Below are positions 25,860 to 40,990 of a stretch of 64,000 bases of DNA, piece by piece. Source of the DNA: Nymphaea colorata (Eukaryota); NCBI RefSeq assembly GCF_008831285.2, contig NC_045138.2, forward strand, positions 2,480,001 through 2,544,000, written 5' to 3'. Under the pieces are notes generated by a model. The model was given only the letters and a program-made list of their open reading frames with translations. It searched no databases and was not told the origin of the DNA. The translations under genes were made by a program, and so were the position numbers. Numbering within the stretch: position 1 is the stretch's first letter; each line of letters starts with the position of its first letter.

Positions 25860-27135
25860 AGGGGCTCAAACAGATTCATCTCTTTTTATTTTGAGAAAAA
25901 GAGAAATACTTCTATATGTTTTGGTATATGTGGACGACATGATCATAACAGGAAGCTCACCAGAATATATTCATAAAATTATTTGTCAATTCAAAAGTGA
26001 GTTCGCCATTAAAGATTTGGGTGAGCTTCATTTTTTTTTGGGCATAGAAGCAAAAAGAATTGACAATAAGCTAATATTATCTCAAAGGAAGTACATATTC
26101 GAGCTTCTCAAAAGAACAAATATGCTTGGAGCTAAGGGAGTTTCAACTCCCATGGCATGCTCCCCTGCTTTATCTGCTCAAACTGGATCAAATTTTTATG
26201 ATCCAACTCTTTATCGCAGCATTGTTGGCGCTCTTCAATACTCTACTGTGACTCGTCCAGACATCTCTTATGCTGTCAACAAAGTTTGTCAATACATGCA
26301 TCATCCTACTGATGCCCATTGGGATGCCGTAAAGAGAATCCTAAGATATTTGAAGCACACTATTGATTATGGCCTTGTTATTAGACCTAGTTCAGTTTTA
26401 AATGTTAATGCTTACAGTGATGCAGATTGGGCAGGATGTCTTGATGATAGACGCTCTACAGGTGGATATGCAGTGTTTATTGGATCCAATCTAGTTTCAT
26501 GGAGTGCTAAAAAGCAGTCAGTTGTCTCTCGTTCTAGCACTGAGGCTGAGTATCGATCCATTGCCAACACTACTGCTGAAATCATGTGGTTACAATTTTT
26601 ATTAAAAGAACTTTGTGTTGATCAATCACAACCTCCCATATTATGGTGCGACAACATCGGCGCAGCCTATCTTGCAGCTCATCCTGTGTATCATAGTCGC
26701 AGCAAACACATAGAGATTGACCTTCATTTTGTTCGAGAAAAATTGGCTAAAGGAGATTTGAAAATTCAGTACATCTCTTCCAAAGATCAGGTTGCTGATA
26801 TTTTAACTAAGCCACTTAGTAAACAGCACCATTATCAAATAATTAACAAGCTCAATCTCATTGTTGGAGCATTGAGCTTGCGGGGGGATGTTAACAGAAA
26901 CACCAAGAAGGCTCTCAATGTGTATTACTTGGGAGATGAAAAGTCATATCTCTTGAGAGATGAAAAGTCATGTCTGTTGGAAGATGAAAAGTCATGTCCC
27001 TTAGGGAATGAAAAGACATGTCTCTTGAGAGATGAAAAGTCATGTCTCTTGAGGGATGAAAAGTCATGTATGTTGAAAGATGAAAAGTCATGTCTCTTGG
27101 GAACTAGAGACCCCTTATGTAACTCCTCTATATAA
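25858..27135 (+). CDS. Copia pol, C-terminal part (RT YVDD, RNase H) in the +1 frame, extending into the 3' LTR
   Basis: KGAQTDSSLF..YVDDMIITG, TRPDISYAV, YSDADWAG, SRSSTEAEY, WCDN, KHIEIDLHFVRE, ADILTK. Continuity with the upstream ORF requires removing one T from 25853-25857. Confidence 0.88.
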   Translation, partial: KGAQTDSSLFILRKREILLYVLVYVDDMIITGSSPEYIHKIICQFKSEFAIKDLGELHFFLGIEAKRIDNKLILSQRKYIFELLKRTNMLGAKGVSTPMACSPALSAQTGSNFYDPTLYRSIVGALQYSTVTRPDISYAVNKVCQYMHHPTDAHWDAVKRILRYLKHTIDYGLVIRPSSVLNVNAYSDADWAGCLDDRRSTGGYAVFIGSNLVSWSAKKQSVVSRSSTEAEYRSIANTTAEIMWLQFLLKELCVDQSQPPILWCDNIGAAYLAAHPVYHSRSKHIEIDLHFVREKLAKGDLKIQYISSKDQVADILTKPLSKQHHYQIINKLNLIVGALSLRGDVNRNTKKALNVYYLGDEKSYLLRDEKSCLLEDEKSCPLGNEKTCLLRDEKSCLLRDEKSCMLKDEKSCLLGTRDPLCNSSI

Positions 27136-27285
27136 ATGAGCCTCTCCACCAAAAGAAGGCAAGCAAGAAATGATAGACTAGTGGACGTAGGCCTATTGGC
27201 TGAACCACTTTAAAAATTTTTGTCCCTTTAATTATTTCTTCATTTTGATTTCTTACAGTGACATCACTCAACTACTGCAAGCAAG

Positions 27286-27718
27286 TGTCACATGGGTACT
27301 GCTGTAAAGGCTACGTACCCGTATCAGTTGGTCACATGGGTACTGCTGTAAAGGCTACGTACCCGTATCAGTTGGGTACGACACTGGTACTGGTCCTGTC
27401 TTATATCTTAAGTACTTCTTGGGTACCCTTCAACCAGTGCCAGATACAGTCAATGTACTTGGGATCCTATCCATTTTAGGACTCAATCAAAATTGACTGA
27501 GTCCTTTCTTATCCAAAATTTAGGATTTCAGTTTTTTTCTTTACACATCATTTATACTCATTAAACGCATAGAGCTACGTTTTCATATGTTGTTTAATAG
27601 TTTCTTCCTTAGAATGTTTGTTTGTTTATATATATATATATATACCCAAGTTTTTTTAACATATTTGGAACTTGTACCCATACCAGCACCGGGCACTCGT
27701 GTCCGCACCTATGTGACA
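27286..27718. mobile_element. MITE with TGTCACAT termini, containing a perfect 44-bp tandem duplication (27287-27374)
   Basis: TGTCACATGGGTAC / GCACCTATGTGACA inverted termini. Related partial copies near 28712 and 53342. Confidence 0.6.
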
Positions 27719-29522
27719 TATCAAGAAACTTTGTTGATGCTTTGTTTCTGAACTTTTAACACCAGTAAATTCTATAAGCAGACAGAATACAAATGCAGAG
27801 ACCGAACGCCACTTGGATGCCATTAAAATTCCAAGTTATTACAGTTCCTCAAGCTGTGGAAGAAAACCATCTAAAGGTAGATGGTCACTTTGAAAACAGA
27901 AATTGATGATTTTAGGAAGAACTCAAAAAAAATTTGGAAACCTTCTTAATGCCCAGCATGTTTCTCCTGACCATTTCTTTAACCGGTTATGCTTATTATC
28001 ACTGTCATTCATCTTGGGTAAATCCTATTTTTGGATATCTGCGTTGCAAATCAGCTTTTGTAAACATGAATACTATCCTTTTCTACTAGGAACTCTTAAA
28101 AGTCATTAGTCATCACACAGTGATCAGTTTAGAAATTAACCTAAAGAAGACGACGGAGGGAGAGAGTAAATCGGCTTTTAAGGTCCACAAGGAATTCTAC
28201 CTTGTTATTACAGAAAAGGAAATCTGGACAGGGGTCAGTTTTCTGCTCTGATGACGTGATACTTGGTGATTTTCATGGCGGTTGGCATCATTTTTTGAGT
28301 GTTTCCATATAACATATATACGTCTATCACATATTTACCAAAAGATCTTCTTTTTTGACTGGACCACCAAACCATGAATGCGCTGCTGCTTTGTTTTTTT
28401 CCTTTTCTTGGATAATCTTCTTCTTGTGATTAACTTTTCCTGGTGTTCCGCAAACAGCTACTGAAAGTTTGGATACCTACTACCACGGTGTGTCAACCAC
28501 TTTTTTCAAGGTTCTTCAACATTTTTAGCTTTGTCTTAAATATTTTCTTCTCTTCAACATTACTATAATTGTAAGTATATATCTTTTTATTAGTAAAATG
28601 AAAGATGAGTTAAGTTACATAGTGTACATTGGCCTTTCTGTCCAACTTTTCTTTTGTTGTCGTAAATGTTATACAGTTTATATGTATAGAGCAGGTAAGC
28701 AATATTAATTAAGTCACATGGTTGCGGACACGGGTTTGGTTATATATAAATGTGCCTACCAGTGTTTAATTCAACCTCATCCTTGCTATTAAGCCAAGAA
28801 ACCCCACTGGCACTAGAAAAGGGAATGCGTATGTAAATCAGAGCAAATAAATTATAATTTTTTTAAGGCTCTGTAACCATAGTTAATTTTACCTCATTTA
28901 CAAATTTTAATGGACATAGCAGGCACGGTTTAATCTAACTTACCACTGTTTAGAAAGAGATCCTTACCAAAAGGATATGGAACATATGCCATTCAATGCA
29001 AAACAAGAAAAAAATTGACTAGAAAGGAGATTATGCTTGGCTGGCTACTATTGACTGCGAAAGATATTATGTTTGGCTGACTAATTCAGCCTTCCGCTTA
29101 AGTCAATACTAGTTTAGTAAGTTATATATGTTGGCTTGATAAATGTTGATTCGTGACGAATGAAAGCTTATATCAACTCTCAAGCATGAGAGGAGAAATT
29201 CTGGGTCATCCTACCACATTAGATTATTGGAGGAAGTAGACTGCAAAGCAGGTTACTGACCCCATTTGCATGCAGAGGCACAGGCATTAATAACATGTTT
29301 GCAAACATGAAATATAAGGAAACAGTCCACAAATTCATAACCATAAACATCAAAAGTTCAATTGGGAGTAACCACAGCATGTGCAGCCAATGTTACTTTT
29401 TGTCTAGAACAAGATAAAGCTTATTCACTCACTGTGGTTCACATTAACATTTTATCTTTACGTTTAATATGCCTTATATATCTTTTCACTTTAGCTTGCC
29501 CTAAATGGCAAGTACTCTGCAG

Positions 29523-30790
29523 GTCAAAATGTAGCGGCTGGACTGATGAAAAGTTGCAGATTTTCCTCACAAATAGTATCATGTGCAAGGGATCCATCAG
29601 ATCTCTGCTGATGAAAGCAAAGACAGTAAATACCCAGCTAGTATGATCATTAAGAGCTGTAACTGAAGACACGGTCTACTTGAAGCCTTGTCACACAAAA
29701 GGATGTTTAGACTGCAATCAGTTGAGCAACTCAAAGCAGCATGGGCATCTTCATTTATAATGCATACACTTGATAGATTGAGAATGAGCTTCAAAGTCTT
29801 AGTCTCATTTTGTTAGATGTTTAGTCCTACCATTGAAATACATCTGTCTTCTACACCAATAGGTATTTATGTGAAGAGCTCAAGGTGAATTATTCACATC
29901 AATGTCCTGAGCTCTAGCAGAAACCAGCTCATTGACCATTCAACCTTAGATCAACTGAGTTCATGGAATAGCAAAATCTGAAGATTCAGATAGTTACTTA
30001 TTCATGTTATATGATCCCACCATTCGGTTCTGAGACTAGGATATGTAGTATCTCTCTCAATGGCTCTAGGAAGATAATGAATTTAATGGTGTGTGCTGGG
30101 AATGTCAAGGAGGCCAGGAAAGCCTCTTCCTTAAAGACATGGCATTAAATTGGCTGGAAGTTTGGACCTCACCTGGTTTTCCTTTTCTCCTGTCAATGGC
30201 TTTCTCTTTATTTTTAGCATAGAATCATAAGTGCAAGCAATTACAGGGCTTTAATGCATTCAGTCGTCTCCCAACTGTACCAGTTAATGATGGGCGGTCG
30301 TGCATTTATTTCCCCTCCTTCCTACTTCCCTCTGCCTTTTACTTATTTACTTATTTAGTTTTTACCACTGTAAAGTCGGATCCTGTTTTTTAGTGGATAA
30401 AATGGGCTGCAGACAGAGAGAAATTAGCCGCGTGTCAACATTATTACTGTAACAATATATCTCTATGCATGTCTATTTAAACTAATCAAATCCTGTTCTT
30501 TACTGGCTAGATTGGGCTGCAAAGTGACTGAAGGAAGCATGTTGTTTACTTTATTACAGAAACAATCTTTCTTTTGTTCAGCAAATGGAACTATGTAAGT
30601 AATAAGCATGGATGCTGACCCTTCGACGCATAAATTTCAAACAGCTTTTCCATGGAGAAGCAGCAAAAGGGTCTCTAGCTTCTTGATGAAGAACATGCAG
30701 TCTTTCTATCTTCATAGGTGGAAAGCAGGTAGTAGTGAGGGAATTCTGAAGGACGTTGAAGTCAAGATCGTGGATCAAATTTGCAGCCCT
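29523..30790 (+). pseudogene. Possible decayed COR27/COR28-like gene fragments
   Basis: Motif-like pieces in the expected order: GWTDEKLQIFLTNSI..SIRSL (~29535-29610), HGC* and RINFKQ (~30607-30643, stop and frameshift), FPW (~30646), EVKIVDQ (~30758-30778). Recognised from memory of the family motifs WTDEKH..YL.SMEASF, GCWQKINF, PWI.HF and EVSDQNF; no search performed. Confidence 0.3.
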
Positions 30791-30837
30791 GCCATTTTGT
30801 ATCCTGAGCTGTACACACTTAGAAGACACCATTTACC

Positions 30838-30895
<58 letters not shown>

Positions 30896-31893
30896 TGTGT
30901 GTGGGTGTGTGTGGGTGTGTTCTCTGTTTCCAAATCTTGAATTTTTCGTACCTACCACCAAGCAAGCGGTCCGTTAAATGCAGTCAAACATACTAATGAA
31001 TCAATGCCTGAAAAGGTTGACACACAGACTATCCATCCCAACAAACATATGAGGTTGTCTAGTTATATCCTAACAACCATACCATGGACTTGGTGCTTCC
31101 ATTTCTCTTCCATTTCTTGTCTCTCTCTCTCTAATATATATATATATATATTCATCACGGGTGTACTGCCCTGAAATCTGACTTGAAACTTCTTCCTTAG
31201 AAAAAAGCAAATTGATCTCAATATTCCACCTATAATTTGGCACTAGCATATGCCACAGGAAGACTGTTTTAACTTGTTTTCTTTGTTCCTGTATACATGT
31301 TATTAACAACTAATAGCATTATTTCAGGTGAAAGTTGTAAAGATTTTTTTTCCCGTTTCCTTTCATTGGCAAGTGGGGATTACGCAGAAACCTACTTAAA
31401 CCATTACAAGAGACATATTTTTTAGTATTTGGAACCTGTGTTGCCGCTTGAAGGCTCCATGTAGATGGATCATGAAATCGGTTTTGTTGACATGTGGACA
31501 ATGTTCTGCTATGTGGCACTGAAATGCGATCATAAAATAAAGTGCTGTTTGGAGACTGACAGCAGCAACGAGGTCTCTCTCTCTCACTTTTTCTATAAGA
31601 AATTGACAGTTTCCAAAGAACTTTCTCCTTCCTCACACCTGCACGTTACATTAATGAAGTGCACGCCGTGGGTGGCTTCTCTCAGCTAACCCCTTCAGCA
31701 GCTAGCACGCTTACCCATCAGTGGCAGACGCTCGGAAGTTTCTCTCTCTAATCAGATAAATAACCTGAAACTGAAGCCATTGGGCACCTACCCAAGTGGC
31801 AAAAGACATTTTTCTTAAAAGCATATATGCATTTATATGGTTATAGGTCTCTCTGAACCTACGGTCTTGAATCCACGAACAGTCTCTCTCTCT

Positions 31894-31965
<72 letters not shown>

Positions 31966-33146
31966 TGTTTATTTTTTACATATGAATGTCGACAAGTGTT
32001 GATGCGTTTTTTACTGTCTGAAAAAGCAAACAAGAAGGTCGTTCGAAAGAAAAAGATGTTGTCAATAATCCACCACATTAATAAGAGTCCTCATTATCAT
32101 TACAGTTATGGAGGCTTTGTTACTTTAATGACAAAGATTCATATGCCTTGCTGCTTCTCTAAGTTCTAAGGAGGCACTTTGATAGCCAATACTTATTAAT
32201 CAAATTGAGTTCTTTCAAATATCAGGTGCTTGTTTCATAATTTTACGGGTGAAATGGCGGAGTCTTCACGTGCATGAACTCGAAACAGGCAATCAAAGGA
32301 TTGGATGTCATCCATTATCCTGATAAGTCCGATTCATAAAGCAAGTTTCACCCAATCCTGACATTTTATGCTTTAAGCATCTGAAAATTCAGATTCAGTA
32401 ACACCATTTCGCGTTTGATTCTGAAATATCCAGTTAGCTGACATCTGTTTAAATCTTGTATCTGATTATAATAATATCTACATCTGAAGTTAAACCCGCT
32501 TCATCTGAAGTCCCACCAAGAAAAGTGTGGGCATGAGTAGATCAGAGAGTAAATACTGCAGCAAAATCTGTCAGAGCGGAGGGATAAGAAAATATGGGGT
32601 TTGGCTCAAAGTACTGCAACAGCGACACTTGGTCTCGTTTGTTTAGTCTCGCGGGAAGAGAAATGTTTTTTCATGAGTGATAATGAGCGCAGGAAGCAAG
32701 GAATTAATTTTGCCAAGAAAGCAGAATCATTGAGACATTATCTTTGTTACCAAAGTGGGCATGCAGAGAAAATGGAGTGTATTTAACAGTGGGAACCCAC
32801 AGAAAATGGTTCTTATATTTGTTTAACTAAGCAAAGAAGATAACTGTCTTCCTCACAAAGTAATGAATTTTAATGAGATAGTGGGTGAAACTAAACCAAG
32901 CCTTAATTAAGCATAACAGAACAAAAGTCTATAATTCACTTCCAAGTTTCTAACTGATAATTGCAGTACCGAATCGTTGGCAGACTCGATCGAATCGCTC
33001 TGTCTCGGATTCTGATGGGCTATAAATACTACCCGAGCGTGCAAATCTGAGAAAGCAAGCCCACCCTCCTTCCTTCTTCGCTTACTTCTTCAGTTTCTCT
33101 GTTGCTACTTTTATTGTTTTCTTTCTGCGCTACCTGCTTGCTAGAG

Positions 33147-36100
33147 ATGATATCACCAATGGCGAATGGGGCTTCCTTCGCCTTCTCCTTCACTTTCACG
33201 TTCGTCTTCTTCTTTATCTTGGTGGTGGTCGTCTGGATGCCATGTGCAGTAGTTGAGGGTCAGCCTGCAGATGGAGAGTCAAGGAGACCGAGGCAGGAGA
33301 TGGTGCCTGCGCTGTTCGTCTTTGGTGATTCTCTTATTGACAACGGCAACAACAACAACCTGCCCTCACTTGCCAAGGCCAACTACTACCCCTATGGGAT
33401 TGATTTCAGAGGCGGTCCTACTGGAAGATTCTCTAATGGCTACACTATGGTCGATGAGATTGGTAAGTACACCGAACATCTTTCAAGTAAAACTTTCTTC
33501 CTCTTCTTCTTCTCATTTTGGTACTTCATCTCGACCATTATGAACTGCCAGGCCGTGCTTGCTGCTAACATAATCTTCATTTTAGTAGTTCACTAGCTTT
33601 TCTGTTGTTTGTGTGCGTTGTTCATTTTGGCATGCGCTCTTGATTTTAGTTCATCATTCTTTTCTTTGAATAAGAAAGTTAAATCCTGCCTTTTACCTAT
33701 TGTGCTGTCAATACTTTTCCTAGGAAAGTTAATAGAAAATAAAAGCATGTCAAAAAACAAGTAAGAACAGAAAATAGCTTATATGGATGGTGCAAAGACT
33801 GTTGTGAAAAAAAATAATAGTGAGAAACAACTGATCAACCTTTGCAAGTTTGAGTATGTAGAGCATTAACCTTCCAAATATATATATATATGTGTGTACA
33901 TTGTAAATATTAGTTAGCATTTCTGGATTTTGAAATATTACCGAATGAAACATCTGATTGCAACACCATAGGCATGCATGCAAGTACATATTGATGAAAA
34001 ATTGGTGTTGTCTAAGTTCTGAAAACTAGTTATAAGCATCCATGCTACCTGCTCAATATCACCATGTCAGTTGCTTAAATATATTCATTCGGGTGTGCAG
34101 CTGAGCTCTTGGGCCTTCCCCTGGTTCCGCCCTTCTCGGAAGCTTCCGGCAGCGACGTGCTTCACGGCGTCAACTATGCTTCCGCCGCCGCCGGAATCCT
34201 CGACATCACCGGACGTAACTTTGTGAGTTGTGTGAAAAAAAAGTTTGGTTTGAATCAAACGCATCATTTATCAAGTAGCTAACTTGATTTCTAATTTCCT
34301 CTTATTTTTTATATTCATTTGTTCTCTTTGATTTTAGATGGGTCGAATTCCATTCAATCAACAGATCGAGAACTTCCAAGGCACTCTGGATTCTATCACC
34401 ACTCAATTGGGCGGCGTTGATCGGCTCTCTCAGTCGATCGGACGGTCCATATTCTTCGTGGGGATGGGCAGCAACGACTACCTCAACAACTACTTGATGC
34501 CTAACTATGTGACGAGGAACCAATACACCGGCCAACAGTTCGCCTCGCTTCTTGTCGATGAGTATGCTCGTCAGCTAACGGTCAGTAATGTAACGTTAAA
34601 TTCACCTGTTTTTTCAATTTCTTTCTTTCATGGAGGAAAAATCATTTTAACGTTAAGTTCATGTTTATCGTTATCCAGCTTTTATATGTTGGTAGTCATT
34701 TTAAATTGAAGGTGTTTGGAACACAGTGTCCGTTTTACAAATGTGGACAAATTCATTTCATTCCAAAGAATGCGGTATTTCTTGGAGGTTGATTTCTTTT
34801 TCCCCGTTTTTAAAAAATTTCAAAAATACACCTACAGTTTGGATACTATTAAAAACAAGCCTAAGTTTTTTTTTTTCAGTATTTTCAAAAAAATAACTTT
34901 CTGCAAAAACTGACTCTGGGTTATCTAGTTGTTAATTAACTGTGACAAAAAGTCTAAAATACCCTCAAATAGAAAAATCTAGCTTAATCGATTTGCATTA
35001 AATCTTTTCAAACATACCAGTAAGAACACAGGCGCAGACCATCAGCTGTCTTCATCAGCTATTTAAACGTTTTAGTCAAGTTAGGTGAAGAATTTATTTT
35101 ACTTTTCTTTACTTCAGAAAAATTTTGGCATATTTTTCATATAATGTTAAAGGGCACAAGAGTAATTTCCACTGACCTATGGCAAATAAAACTTGAGAAA
35201 TATTTTTTTGATTAACATGACTACCATTGATCTACTTTCAACCAAAAAGTTCAAACTTTCATGAGGTGGACAGATTAATAAGGTGCATGGAGGTGATTTA
35301 TTTTAATTTGATAATATGGGGTGGGGGGGGGGGGGGGCAAAACAGACATTGTACAACTTGGGGGCAAGGAAGTTTGTGCTGGCGGGGGTGGGGATACTGG
35401 GGTGCATCCCGAGCATACTGGCGCAGAGCCTGAACAGCAGCTGCGACCTGGACGTGAACAAGCTGGTCTTCCCCTTCAACGCAAACGCCCGCTCCATGGT
35501 CGACGGCCTCAACGCCAACCTCCCCGGCGCCCGCTTCGTCTTCCTCGACGTCTACTCCATGTTCAACCACGTCCTCTCCAACCCTACCTCCTACGGTACT
35601 TCTTTCTTCCTCCATTACATTTTTCCTACTATTATTATTATATTAGACTGCGCATTTTTCCATTGGTTTGATTTGATTTTTATTTGAACTGTAAAAAGAT
35701 GCGGATGTTTGGTTCCTGTTCATCCAAAAATCTCATGGGTGGTCTTTTCTACGAAAGAAAAGGGTATTTTGGTCATTTGATAATAAATTTTTTATATGGG
35801 TAATTTGTCATTTTATCTGAAAATTGGGTACTTTGTCTTCATCTTGGTTTCACTCTTTGCCCTTATGAAAGGAAATTGCATTCCATTGCCAGGGCATTTT
35901 GGTCATTTGAGTTTGAAATGCGTTTTTTCCATCTTTTTTTTACCCTAGTCTTTCTCTTTATAAGGGCACTTTGGTCATTTTGTTCAAAAGGGTATTTTGG
36001 TCAACTAAAAATAGTTATTCCATACTTACCCTTGCAGTATAAAGTGCAAGGGCGTTCGGTCATTTTATTTTGAGAAAATAGAATTAATTGCCGATAGTTA

Positions 36101-36547
36101 TTTCTATTATTTTGGGGGACGGACTCAAAGGGGGCCGTATGGACCTTAACCTCTTTCAAACAAAATTACAAAAAAACATGTAAATTTTAAAAAAAATATT
36201 TGTTTTATATAAAAATTTTAAAAAAATAATATTTTAACTTTGTTAAAATTTAAAAACTTTAATTCGTAAAAAATTTATTGTCTAGATTACTTTTCAATGA
36301 AATTTGAGTTGTGGACTGCACTGCAGGGTTCAGCGTGGTGGATCGTGGGTGCTGCGGGGTGGGGAGGAACGCGGGGCAGCTGACGTGCCTCCCGTTCCAG
36401 ACACCCTGCACGGAGAGGGAGTCCTACGTGTTCTGGGACGCCTTCCACCCCACGGAACGCATCAACGTTCTGCTCGCCCGGATGTCCTTCACCGGTCCCG
36501 CCTCCATCGCCTACCCCATCAACATCCAACAGCTTGCCTTCCTTTGA
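33147..36547 (+). CDS. GDSL esterase/lipase (At1g71691-like), 5 exons, ~383 aa, secreted
   Basis: Exons 33147(or 33159)-33462, 34101-34222, 34338-34580, 35346-35595, 36327-36547; 1152 nt in frame. Blocks [34 protein letters not shown]. Hydrophobic N-terminus. TATAAATA at 33021. Confidence 0.95.
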
Positions 36548-36666
36548 TCAACTGCACAACAGTCCCCAAATGCCAATACCCCATCTTGTTCCAGAACGAC
36601 TCTCTCTTCTTCTAACATGTATGTCTCAGACATCCTCGTGTTAGAATGACCAATGGCATGCATGAT

Positions 36667-36697
<31 letters not shown>

Positions 36698-36888
36698 GTG
36701 TGTGTGTTTGATCCATGCGCATGCATGAATAATCGTTGAAACAGTGTGTGTGCGTGTTTGATCCATGGGCATGCATGACTAATCGTTGAAACAGTGTGTG
36801 TGTGTGTTTGATCCAAGCACACGCATGACTAATCGTTGAAACAGTGTGTGTGTGTGTGTTTGATCCATGCGCATGCATGACTAATCGT
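36698..36888. repeat. Minisatellite, 4 x 50-52 bp, between the convergent GDSL stop codons
   Basis: Unit (GT)n-TTGATCCATGCGCATGCATGACTAATCGTTGAAACA. ATCC recurs at 36711, 36761, 36811 and 36863. Confidence 0.95.
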
Positions 36889-37117
36889 CAAAAACACAAA
36901 AGGAGTGTTTGGTGTTTGGGTGGTACCATTGTTGTCCAACAACATATCTGATTATTCGCTTGGATACATAGTTTTCAAGTACCAGCAGAACACAAATAAA
37001 TCGTTCAAATGTGAAAGAAGAACCATTCTGTACCGATCAGCTGACAATGTTTGAGAATGTGATCGTCTAGAAACATAAAATTAAGAACAACCTCTCTGTC
37101 TCTTTCAATCTCTGAGA

Positions 37118-40990
<3,873 letters not shown>

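Larger units (their letters stand above)
22315..27257 (+). mobile_element. Full-length Ty1/copia LTR retrotransposon (Ale/Retrofit-like size and motifs), 4943 bp, recent insertion
   Basis: LTRs 22315-22683 and 26889-27257 (369 bp, TG..CA, one mismatch T22567/C27141). TSD GTGAC at 22310-22314 and 27258-27262. PBS TGGTATCAGAGCC (tRNAi-Met) at 22684-22696. Purine-rich PPT ..GCGGGGGGA just before 26889. Domain order gag-PR-IN-RT-RH. Confidence 0.98.

Noticed and set aside
30653..30663. TGGAGAAGCAG matching the 5' half of miR164; similar partial matches to miR167 (~46376) and miR169 (~733)
   Set aside because: Partial matches only, with no complementary star arm or hairpin seen.
31833..32169. ORFs with YIYIYI or RERERE runs, here and at other microsatellites
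   Set aside because: Translations of (AT)n/(AG)n microsatellites.
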